Origin: Orbicella franksi
Taxonomy: Eukaryota
Reading direction: 5' to 3'
Length of the DNA stretch: 64,000 nucleotides
Assembly (NCBI GenBank): GCA_964199315.1
Contig: OZ116698.1
Coordinates: forward strand, 19,964,001-20,028,000
Both the position numbers and the translations under genes were made by a program. The notes below the pieces were generated by a model, which searched no databases, had not been told where the DNA came from, and was given only the letters and a program-made list of their open reading frames with translations. Below, one piece after another: positions 24,001 to 34,243 of this stretch. Positions within the stretch are counted from its first letter, which is position 1, and each line of letters begins with the position of its first letter.

Positions 24001-26001
24001 TGTCTAAACTGATTCTTGCAATATGGGGTCGACAGAAAAGCAAAAAATGCTTGAATATAAAACCCCTTATTAAAAATGTGAACAACTGAGCTTCACCAGT
24101 ATAATTATTATAATTTAATAGTCTTAACAATGTGAAATATAATAATACTGTTATTATTCTAATAAATCTTATGAAAATAATCAAAAAAGCAATAAAGTAA
24201 ACAATATTATATATAATAAGATAGAATGCAAATTTTGCCACTGCTGTAAGTTGTGTCAATTTGTTATATTTCTTTTTATGTTTTTCTTAATATATATAAA
24301 ATGATTTGTTTTGATTTTTACATTCTCTAATGTTAACTTGAATGATGCTTCCATCTATCCTTAAAACAATGGTCTCGTACAGAAAATTTTTGCTGTTTGA
24401 AAATAATAGATGAATTAAGTAGGCTGATTTCAACATATTAAAATTCTTACTTGGCTCTGAGGCTTACTTAGGGGAATAAAACAACAGAAATCACATTGAG
24501 GTTCTTTTGTTTTATTCCACTATTATTATCTTGCTCTGAACTATACTGAAAGCTTTGTCTTAAACTTCATAATTTGTTGTTTTGAGTATTCTAATTGATT
24601 TAGACTTCATTACCAAATAATTATGTGAAGGAAAACACTTTGGATGAGGTACTTATCGTTAATGTACATTAAAAATAGGAGTGGCCCAGGAACACTGACA
24701 GAGACTGCTGTGGAACCACACATATCTATGGGCCAGACTTCCCAATCATATTAAATCATTAAGTTTAAAGAATTTTAAAAATTACATTAGGAGAAGGGAT
24801 TTAAACATTTTAATAGACCTTTCCCGCATTCCACTTCAGTGCATTCGAACAATGGCACCAGAGCAAGGTTGGGGTGGACGTTTTCATACATTTGCTGTAT
24901 TTTTGTCCACCCTGACCTTGACTTGGCACTATTGTTTGTTGGAATGCGGGAAAGGTCTATTGATGCAAGCAGTGGATGCAAATGTCATATGTGTTCAACT
25001 TGACCATTTTCATCATTTTTAGTCAGCTTTATTTGTAACTTTATTCTCTTTTGTATTTTTATTTTGATAGAAAGGCTTTTATCTTGTAAAGAATAATTAT
25101 TCATAATATAAAATTTTAATCATTTATATTATAATTTCTAATGTAAATAACAATTATTTTATAATGTCTAAAAATTTAATTTGTACATAGTCCTGATGAT
25201 TGAAACTCTTTTTAGAAGTCCCCAATTAGCAGCCATGCTAAATCTCATTGACACATAAATAAAGTTATTTTATTTTATTTTTTATTTTTTGTCATTTCTG
25301 AGTCAATGCCTTCGTAACGTGCATAATTTTTTCTGTAATACACTGCAAGTAATTCTTAAACCATAAGAGTGGTATTCCTCTGATCTGAGATCAGAGGAAT
25401 TGTGTCATAATGTTCAAGTTTGTTCTACCAAATTGTGAAGTTCACTGTGTTCAAGGATTTTACTAAATCCAAAACAACACCTTTAGAGTATTCTCCCTTT
25501 GTCAAGTGCTGTATGAATTTTTTCCATAGTCTAAAATTGCCATGGAAGTGGAGTGTTTTAACCTGAGCCATACTAGCTCATACTTAATTGTGTTTAATTA
25601 CTTATGTCAATTATCTATTAGTAGATGATACAATTTTCTCTGCAAAGTTCAACCTCCAAGAGGTCCAACGAGTATGCTACAAGTTTTGCCATCTAGCGAA
25701 GAGTATCAGTTTCCTAAAGCAAGAAAATGTGCATGCCCCACTAGCCATACTCCATACTGCATAATTCAGGGCAGCCAGGCACCACTGACCCTCCCCTCCC
25801 CACTCCCCCCATCCACGATCTAGCTACCTTTGCCTGCCTAAACCGATCCACGAGTCGTTGCCTTCGTTGAGACAGACTAACAGAAATGAGAGGCAAAAAC
25901 TAACGTCTCACCTGTCCACTGGAAACACTAGGAACTGGCACATCTGAAACAAGCTTTAGCACTTCTGGCCCACCAAAGGATAACACACGAATCGCCTTCA
26001 T
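18055..26001 (-). CDS. CRYZ: Quinone oxidoreductase / zeta-crystallin paralogue 2, 8 exons, 323 aa
   Basis: Exons: 25912-26001, 23079-23231, 20938-21101, 20613-20664, 20046-20195, 19602-19703, 18579-18674, 18055-18219. All introns are GT-AG, with the same positions and phases as paralogue 1. The protein runs [75 protein letters not shown] minus-strand AATAAA lies at 17976-17981. Confidence 0.95.
21363..22665. repeat. Self-complementary satellite built from TAGCATG / CATGCTA / CTAACATGTTAG units
   Basis: Main block at 21363-22460 and a second block at 22564-22665. There is a perfect 30-bp palindrome at 21582-21611 and an 18-bp one at 22095-22112. It lies in CRYZ-2 intron 2. Confidence 0.9.
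22770..22945. repeat. Degenerate palindromic repeat, same family as the window start (1-176)
   Basis: TCGAGTTATAG..GTTTGGGAGAACGAGAAATGC here, versus GCATTTCTCGTTCTCCCAAAC..CTATAACTCGA at about 98-140. Central spacer CAGCCGAGAGGCAAGTG. Confidence 0.5.
24655..24725 (-). mobile_element. Degenerate CR1/L2-type reverse transcriptase relic
   Basis: The minus strand gives VPQ..(frameshift)..[11 protein letters not shown], resembling the GVPQGSVLGPLLF..YIND motif. Confidence 0.4.
24812..24961. mobile_element. 150-bp hairpin MITE with perfect 21-bp TIRs, same termini as 177-377
   Basis: AATAGACCTTTCCCGCATTCC at 24812-24832 and its reverse complement at 24941-24961. The internal sequence is also partly inverted. 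Confidence 0.8.
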
Positions 26002-26104
26002 CGTCTTCAATAAGTCTGACTGCAAAGTCCCTCAATTTCTCCTAGTAGAGACAAGATTTCACACTGAAATTTATCACTGACATCAAAACGCTACACTTAA
26101 AATG

Positions 26105-26477
26105 TCAAAATATCATTTGTGAATTCCCCTCGACCAACTCACCGTGCACCTGGGCGACTTGTGAGAGCTGCGAGTGGAGCGAGCGTGACCAAAAGAGAGT
26201 ACCCAGGCCCCTACGGGCGGTAGTAAACCAAAATTTCAGGAAACGTGGAATCCAGAAATCTGGAAACTCGGAATACGTCTGCTGAGCACACGCATATTTC
26301 AGCTGACCCATCAAGAGGTACTGTTTCCCAGGGCGAAGTAAAGGACAACAGCATAGCTTACCTAGAATCCAGATACTTTTTACTGTTGTTGGCTCGTTGT
26401 TATTCCGCTTGTCCTCCTGAATGAAGCCCGACAAAGAAAGCTCACGGATCATCAAGGACTTACACAAACTGCCCACC
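26105..26477 (-). pseudogene. Orphan exon-like fragment encoding an NTR/C345C (netrin module)-like motif
   Basis: A polypyrimidine acceptor ttctctctttttttAG precedes 26477. The frame reads IWILGKLCCCPLLRPGKQYLLMG, which resembles netrin/PCOLCE W..C.CP.L.PG..YLLMG. The sequence after about 26285 loses resemblance, and no partner exons were identified. Confidence 0.4.
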
Positions 26478-27481
26478 CTAAAAAAAGAGAGAACATCAGT
26501 TTGTCTTTTCGTTTTTCTGCCTCTTTTGTCGAGCAAAAGTTGTCGTTGACTTTAAGTTGAGGTCTCTGCTGCCCAACAACTTGCCTGGAGCGAGTTGTAA
26601 ATGTTCAACAAATAGATCTGAAAGTGGTTTTGGGGGAAAGAATTTCCTTAACGCTTCGTTACGTTTGCTTTCAGAAGAACGGCAGGCGCTTAAAGCGGCG
26701 TCAAGATTTACACTTCGTCAACTTCAAGAATGAACCCTTTTCTGGGAAACTGAGCCCTTTTCTAGGGAATTGCAGGGTTGCGAAAGAAAAAAATAACTAA
26801 GAATCTTTTATTCTTTTCGTTGATTCAGACCATAAAAGCTGGGCCGCTTTTTTCAGACCGAAAGTCATTCATACTGTTTGCAGTTAACATAAATTATGCT
26901 AACAGTCCTCCAAATAATACCTTATTCAATTCATAAGCAATCAAGTGTGTCATCTAAAACAAAAGATATTGCTTTCATTTAATTTAAATAAAACTGCATT
27001 AGCTCGGAGCTGATCAAAGAGCCTACAAGCGAAAAGTTTATGATCGAACTTCAACCACTACAGAAAGCAATCGTTCAAGTTTATGATCAGTTGGGTCTAT
27101 GGTAAGTTCTTGTGTGGTTTGAAGTTTCCTTTTTAGTCGAGAAAACCATAAGCTGGGTTGATTTGAAATGGCGTTAGAGACGGAGACGGTATAGCAAACA
27201 GTAATAACTCAAACAACACTTCGTTTGACAAAGGCTTGCACTGATTGACGAAAAAAGCAAACAGCATATAGACGCACGTGTCTTGAACCCAGACAAGGTC
27301 ATATGTATATGATAACTTCAACACTCGAGGTTTGCTTATCGCTCCACACACTATGACAGTTAAATCTCTTGTTTGCTCAACAGAGAGAAGTTATTGGACC
27401 AAAACCGCCTCACGCTCGCGAAATATCCGGATCAGTGATAATTTCTTGGGAGACGCAAATCAAACGTGGTGACCAGTAGCA

Positions 27482-27937
27482 ATGAGTTTTTTCTCACAGT
27501 CTCGTAAGCTCCCTTCGGCGCCCACATCTAGAGAGTCAAGTCCGAGAGGCAGCCCAAGAGGTAGCCCTGCCATCAGCAGGAGAAACAGCCCAAGAGACGT
27601 CACCTCTCAAATACCAGTTAAGAAGAATCCTGGATCTCCGGCCACCGGCAGAAAAAAACCAGCTCCGTTGCTTAGGAGCAGATCGCGCGAATTCATGGAC
27701 GCTGTAAAGAAATTTGAGGGTGGCAAGCTCCCAGAAAAACTTTTGAAAACTGTTGATGAAGAAAGGAAAGCTATGGAGGATCACTTAGCACAATGCGAAA
27801 AGGATTTGATCGAAATAAGAGAGTTCGTGGTTAGGACACAAGATGACTTTCAAAACATCCGTGGTCAAACGAAGAGGCTGAGGAATAGTCTCAGCGAGCT
27901 ACGTGATTTAAATAGAACCGCATTAGCCCGGAGCTGA
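27482..27937 (+). CDS. Small unknown protein, 151 aa: basic S/P-rich disordered N-half plus C-terminal coiled coil
   Basis: ATG start with an in-frame stop 4 codons upstream. The composition is protein-like, with repeated SPR/SP sites and a heptad-like EERKAMEDHLAQCEKDL..LRNSLSELRDL segment. Candidate 5'-UTR intron 27102-27383 (ATG|GTAAGT ... ttgctcaacAG). AATAAA at 28279-28284. Confidence 0.7.
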   Translation: MSFFSQSRKLPSAPTSRESSPRGSPRGSPAISRRNSPRDVTSQIPVKKNPGSPATGRKKPAPLLRSRSREFMDAVKKFEGGKLPEKLLKTVDEERKAMEDHLAQCEKDLIEIREFVVRTQDDFQNIRGQTKRLRNSLSELRDLNRTALARS

Positions 27938-30039
27938 TCAAAGAGTCCTACATCTTAAGGCAACTACATGTGTTAGCTGAACTGTGTGGGAGCTAAGCCA
28001 TAATCTGACCGTCAGTTGATAAGTTTAAAGAACAAGATAGCCTGGGTAGCTGGTAAGATTTCGCGCGAGTGCTTTTGCTTTGGCGGCGAAGCCGAGCGTG
28101 GCGGCGGGAGAGGCGAAGCCGCCAAGGAATTGGTGAGGAGCCGAGTTCTTCACCATAAATATGCGAGCCACCTCTCTGTATTCAAGAATTTTTTTTCATT
28201 GACAATGGCGAATATTGATAGCCAGTGTGAATATTGATAGCCTAAACATCAGTTTGAAAACAGGAACGCTAATCCGTCAATAAACACCGCTGACTGATTT
28301 GAAATCTGGCTCGTGGCTCCGCCCTCTATCATGTTGATAGAATGTACTCCCCCACCCCCTACCTTCGATACCTTACGTCCATTCTCCTCGCAACCGTTGA
28401 AGCTCATTTGGATTTAACACTTATCGCCAACCTTGAGTGATAAGGGCATAATTCCAATTAAATATCATTCGATTAGAATTAATGAATCTGTCTGCTGTTT
28501 TGCTATACGTTTTAACACTATTCCCTCATTATCTTGCGGGTTTTCATGGGATTTAAATTGCCGTCATTGGTTTGCGGTGGAAGATCGCCAAATCTTTAGA
28601 AATTTCACGGGAAGATTTTTAACTCTATGCCAGTGGAGAAGAAGAATTGGAAATTTGAGAAGTTTCGTTTCTTTTCCTCCCGTAACGTTCATCAAATTTC
28701 CAAAAACTTCACCCTTAAGGGCCCCTTAAATTTGCGCAAGGTCTTTGGATATACAGTTCCCTGATTAAACATTGATCATCTTATCTGTCGGAAAACACTA
28801 TTAATAAAAAAAAAACGTTCTCACGGGTAAATCAGTATATTTTAATAATTGTTACTTTTAAACTAATGTAAAACGCATATTCGAAAGTTACGTCCGTCGT
28901 TTATAACTTCACAACATTTCCAGTTTTCGAAATACCCTGAAATCACTATAGAAAGGATAACAGTCTCGTAATAATACCATGGAAATAATAATATATTCAG
29001 GCTTTTTCAAAGTTTAAAGCGAGCCGGTCTTCAAAGCAATGCAAAAAAAAAAGACAGATATTTCAGCCTAAATGCACAAATTGTGGTCTAGCCTCCGTAT
29101 AGTTCATGTCAATTTGTCACAAATGATTTCCTAGGATTATATCTACACAAGAAGCCACAAATGTGGACATACTTCTGTGCTTTGTAATTCGAAGAAGATG
29201 ACATACATGTATATCTAAAAAGCTCGGCTACGTTCGGAGTTACTTCCGGCTCCCTGCTTCTTATATGACTGATTCATGCGTCTGGACTTATATCAGTGTT
29301 AATTATAAAGAAATAAAGTTGAAAAAAACAATAACCTTTTGTTTGAGATCCTCTCGTCTATTTATATCAGGGAACGCCCCAACTGTTGTGGATTTTTCTA
29401 TTGTTTCCTACACTCTATTCCGAGAAAATCATATAAATAAATTTTAGTTAAATAAACTGTTTTCGTTCTATTCAATCTCAAAATACTGCACAAGAGGAAA
29501 ACACGCATACAACTGTATTAGTAACTCTTGTGGAAATTGTTGTTTGTGCTTTTTTATGCTTATACAAACCCTTCGGCACTTAATTAAACTGATCGCAATG
29601 TAGAAAATACATTTTGCGCTGAAAGCCGAGGAATAAAATTGCTTTCAGTCCGCCAATTTCAGTTGAATTTTGTTCTGTGTACGAATATACCTGAAGACGA
29701 AATCGTGTTCAACTTTAGGAAGTACTATATATGTGCGCGTCGAACAAAAAAAAAATCTGAACCATGTAAGAATGTTTCTAACTTTTAGTTAAGGCGTTAT
29801 CTTTAAATCTTCTTTCTCGTGCCGCATAATGTAAAGATTTCCTTTTCGGAGGCCGCCTCCCTTTATTAAAGAATTTCCGTTTAAATATTTGTACTGGTTT
29901 CATCATGGTGACACCAGTTGCAAGAATATCAAAAAATAAGCATGACATCACGTTTCAAGTAATATATTTTCCTACTTTTTTTGTAGGTTGTTAATAGTGC
30001 TTCTGCTGTGCAGAAAAACTGTATATAGCGTTTGACTAA

Positions 30040-30443
30040 GGCCCTGACCATGCTAATGTGTTTTCGCCTATCGTCCACACTAAAACAACCGAAAATGCTG
30101 ATGAAAACGGAGGTTTTCGAACTCGGTTTCAAAAGTGGAGTCGTTTGAAAACGCATCGTTTCGAAAACGCTCCGTATTTAGTGTGGATAGGTAAAAAGGG
30201 AGACTTTTGGAAGCGGGCCGAAAAAAAGCGTCATACTGTCGTTTCTTTCAGCGTTTTCGGTCGTTTTAGTGTGCACAATAGGCGAAAACGTATAAAAAAT
30301 ACGCGTCAGTTTTCGTACGAAAACGCATTAGTGTGGAGAGGTGAAAACAAACCGAAAACGCTAGGGTGGGCGAAAATATTTTGCTTCGTTTTCGTTGAGA
30401 CGAAAAGGGATACTTCTATAAACGCATTAGAGTGGTCGGAGCC
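30040..30443. mobile_element. PIF/Harbinger-type MITE
   Basis: TIRs GGCCCTGACCATGCTAATGTGTTT / AAACGCATTAGAGTGGTCGGAGCC, with TAA on both flanks (30037-30039 and 30444-30446). It shares CCACACTAA and GAAAACG subrepeats with 9316-9676. Confidence 0.75.
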
Positions 30444-33079
30444 TAACATCCCAACAAAAGAAATTGCGTTGTGAAACATTCTTAAAAAATAAACCAAGAA
30501 CAGGCTTTGCACACGCTATTAAAGATCACTAAATACACATTTAAACACGCGAGTGTCAACAGCATTGTTGAGTGCATTCGTGCTTTCCTACATACAACAG
30601 AGTTTTATCAAAACACAGGGTCATTTATTTAAATCAGGAAAGAGGGGTCCACGTTGTGAATGAATTGAAAGGTCATATCGGTTACTATTTGGTATTATTT
30701 CAACTTCATGTAATAATAAACAAATCGTGCCATAAATCTGATTTTACTTTCTTGAGAATTTGAAAAACAGACCAAAAATAGAAAAATACTTAAATAGACA
30801 CTTCTGCAATTCAAATTGCTAGTCTTCCTGCGCAATACTATACAAGTTGTAGTTCTAAAAGTTCACATATCTCGTTCCTAGTAAGTACTCTAAGGTGCTG
30901 TATTCAGAACTAAAGTGCAACAATAGCCTTTCTAATGGATGTTAACGATGTTAACAAGAAAATCCTTCTTTGTCGTGAACGTCTTCATGTGCTTACAAGC
31001 CTCCGTGTGTTTCAAAGGCGCAGTTAATTCTCCCTTCGGCTTACGTCCAAAACTGATCGGTTCTCTCACTGTGAGACTGGCTAATTCATCATGTTGGCCA
31101 TTACGGCACGGAAAGATTTCAAGCTACAGAATTAAGCGACACAGCAACGTCCTAATGAAATTCAATGTCGCTTCTCATTTGAACGACTTTCAGTCATCAC
31201 GCAAAAGCAATTTTCCCTTTTTTAGGACAAGAACATGTCGATGAAAACAAGTTTTTTAATGAAGTCGCCGGGTCTTTTTTTTTTTTCTTTTCGCGTGATA
31301 GGCACGCGGCAGGAGGTAGTCATAAAAATGAGATGAATGTTATCTTAATTTTTTTCGGACCCCTTTTCAAACTCGGCTTGTTTAGTTATGCGCAACTTTT
31401 CAGGGAATCTATGCCTGATGCGTAGGAAGAGAGTATGTTACATTTGTAACATTCCATGTCAAATATTTGGAAAAAGACGTGAGTTCTTGGGCGATCACTC
31501 CTTACGGCAGTCATGTTCGAAACCGTCCACCGATACGATCGCATGAATTTTATCTACGGCTCGATATTGAGCTTGTGTCACTGGTGAAATAACATCTTTA
31601 GACACAACACTAACTAAATCAAACATACGACATTCGGTTTCATCTCAGGGCTCCTTTATTATTACAGCAATTGTGCTCAGGCTAGTGTTAATGCATTGCT
31701 TTTGCACAAAACCACGTGATTCAAATCAAAGGAACTGTTCACATGACTTAGAGAGCAGATATGCTTTCGAAAATTCCTCGAAATATTATCCTCTTTACAT
31801 ATTCCAAATAACTGTTTCCTGAAATGAAAATGTCTTGACATGTCAATTCTTTAAAATGTATACCGTTGTGGTTTATAAGAAACTCATAATTAAATGTAAC
31901 AAACTTTGTCTGTCTATAATTTTACTACGTGTTGTTCGATAATAATATCCCTGAACGCTAAATACTCGCGCATAATGAAGTACTTTATAACCACCGTACA
32001 GATAATTAAAACGCCATGGAAGAAAAAGATATATGTACAGGCTGAATCAAAAGAGTAAATATGAGCGGCGATTTCTAATATATCACCGATTAAAAAGCTT
32101 TTGAGGAACCGCGACCGGTGTTAATGTATATGAGAAAGTTACTTGTGGTAATTCAGTCAAAGGAATTTGTGAAAAGGCGGAAAGACAGTTACTTAGAAAG
32201 TGACGAAATAAAAACAGGATAACAGAGAATCATGGTCCCTTAGGATTTGTTTTGTAAATATACCTTATCTTTCTCCAGTTTAAAGGGGCCTTCTTAAATT
32301 ACCACCAGTCAACCTTACCGGAGTACTAGTAACACGAACAAAAACCTAACCTCCACAGAATTCCTGTACCTGAAACGAGACAATATGAGTCTTGTTATAG
32401 AGTTACACGTTATCGCGTGTTCGTAGACGAGGGCAGAGCTTTAACTGAAGCTAAAATTCGGCACACACTTCAACATTCAGTTCACTCAGCCCACCCTAGC
32501 TAGTCTGAAACTTGTTCTTCTTCCAAGCTGTCTAACGTTTACAAGAGCCGAAATGTTTTCTTAAAAGTGTACAGTGTTTGTTGACCTTCATTTTCTGCTA
32601 GTTATTGTTAATGCTAATATCATTCAAATTGCTCCCCTTCTTCTTATTGGATCTTATTGTGCAAATGGCTTTTCTAATTCTGCGGTAGATCTCTGCGCTA
32701 ATTATTCGTTTAGTCATATCATCGCGGCTAAACCTGTCATGAAAGTAAATCCCTCACGTCTCACTGGACTTCTGTCAATCGCGACATTGTGAGGGCGACG
32801 CACTTGAATATTGACTTGATGCGGCAGATAACAACGAGTCGATCAAATCGCGCGCCTCACCTGAGTCAGATTTCACCGCCAAGTGGAAGTTAATATCACT
32901 CATATCGTGTTGAAACAGATGCAAGTAACCAACTCGCAGCGCTTTCACCGCCGCGAATCCGACAGTTGCCATTTGTTCAGCTGCGTGTGAGAGATTAGTG
33001 CGGTTTCAAGATTTATTTGATGATAGCAGTCCGTCGAAATCAAACGCCAGAGAACTGATGCGTTCATTCGTCTCACATC

Positions 33080-34243
33080 ATGACTTCAGTTAAGCCTTCT
33101 GAGTTCGCTACCAGCATAACGTGGAGAAACTCTGTGGCTGCTTTTGAAATGACGTCCTCCGCGACGGTTCCCCCCAGCAGAACTGAAGTCCCCGAGCCGT
33201 ATATTTCGCTGGTCATTCGCTTAACGCTTTCTGTTCTAAGTTTGCTGCTCAATTTGGCCGGAAATGTTCTGGTGTGTGTGGCTGTGAGAAAAACGCGCAG
33301 GCTGCGAAGTTTCAGAAACTACTACTATGGCCTTTTCCTAATGAGTCTGGCAATTGCCGACATGGCGGTTGGTTTAGTATGCATGCCCTTCATCTTACTC
33401 TATTACGAAACCGGCAAGTATCCGTTTGGATTTTTCGGCTCCACGGCAGTTTGTAAGCTCATTCCAGCCCTGAGCTTGCTGTGCCAGGGTGCGTCGATCT
33501 TCAGTCTTACATCTCTGACACTCCAACGATTCATGGGCATTGTTTATCCAATGAAAGCTAAATTGACCCTCGGGAAGGTCAAGTTGCTTCTCGCACTAGT
33601 TTGGTTGTGTGCTTTTCTGTCCGCCTTGCCTCAAATCATTGTCATGGACGTTAACCAGACAGTGCAGGGTGAAGACAACAAGTTCAGCTGCGAGGAAAAT
33701 TGGGGCAAGCACCACACTATTTTAGTAGAAGGGTACACCTTATACCTCTTTATCGCCGAATACCTCCTCCCTCTCGTCATAATGGGGGTCGCCTATGGTA
33801 AAATGGCCACGGTTCTAAATAGAAGGGATGAAGACTTCCAGGGCAGGAAATCTACCACGTCCAGAACCAAAGCAGGGCACAAGAAATTCATTCGTCTGCT
33901 GATCGTGTTGATCGTGAGTTTTGCTCTGTGTTACCTGCCCAATCATTTGCTGTTTTTCTGGTCAGATTACGGCTCCGGATATAAAAATCCCTACTTCACC
34001 ATATTCATGAAGTATTCTCATTTCTGTATATGGCTTAACAGCTGTTTAAACCCGTACCTTTACGGCGCGCTCGACGACTACTTCAGACAAAGTTACAAGA
34101 AGGCGCTGCGCCGGTGCGCCAGGATCGAGGGAAAAGCGAGAAAGACTCACGCTCGCTTAGCGCGACAATTAACTAAAATATACTCGTTTAAGACACCATC
34201 TACGGCCGATCCGGATTCTTCAGAAGTAGTGGATGAAAGCTGA
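33080..34243 (+). CDS. Intronless rhodopsin-class (class A) GPCR, neuropeptide-receptor-like, 387 aa
   Basis: Seven hydrophobic segments with GN (TM1), LAIAD (TM2), C3.25 and QRF at the DRY site, W4.50, ECL2 CEENW, TM5 LLP..Y, CYLP (TM6) and NSCLNPYLY (TM7). The ligand cannot be assigned from sequence alone. Confidence 0.93.
   Translation: MTSVKPSEFATSITWRNSVAAFEMTSSATVPPSRTEVPEPYISLVIRLTLSVLSLLLNLAGNVLVCVAVRKTRRLRSFRNYYYGLFLMSLAIADMAVGLVCMPFILLYYETGKYPFGFFGSTAVCKLIPALSLLCQGASIFSLTSLTLQRFMGIVYPMKAKLTLGKVKLLLALVWLCAFLSALPQIIVMDVNQTVQGEDNKFSCEENWGKHHTILVEGYTLYLFIAEYLLPLVIMGVAYGKMATVLNRRDEDFQGRKSTTSRTKAGHKKFIRLLIVLIVSFALCYLPNHLLFFWSDYGSGYKNPYFTIFMKYSHFCIWLNSCLNPYLYGALDDYFRQSYKKALRRCARIEGKARKTHARLARQLTKIYSFKTPSTADPDSSEVVDES

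Noticed and set aside
26581-26733. Plus-strand frame GGKNFLNASLRLLSEERQAL resembling GGKLPEKLLKTVDEERKAM of the 151-aa protein
   Set aside because: Few identities, and the spacing to the 46-bp duplicate (about 380 nt versus about 216 nt) does not fit a simple paralogue; probably chance.
30058-30512. 138-aa and 68-aa ORFs
   Set aside because: Lie within the TAA-flanked MITE and have no transposase motifs.
30939-31244. 101-aa plus-strand ORF and an open minus-strand frame
   Set aside because: No motifs and no supporting start or splice evidence strong enough to call.
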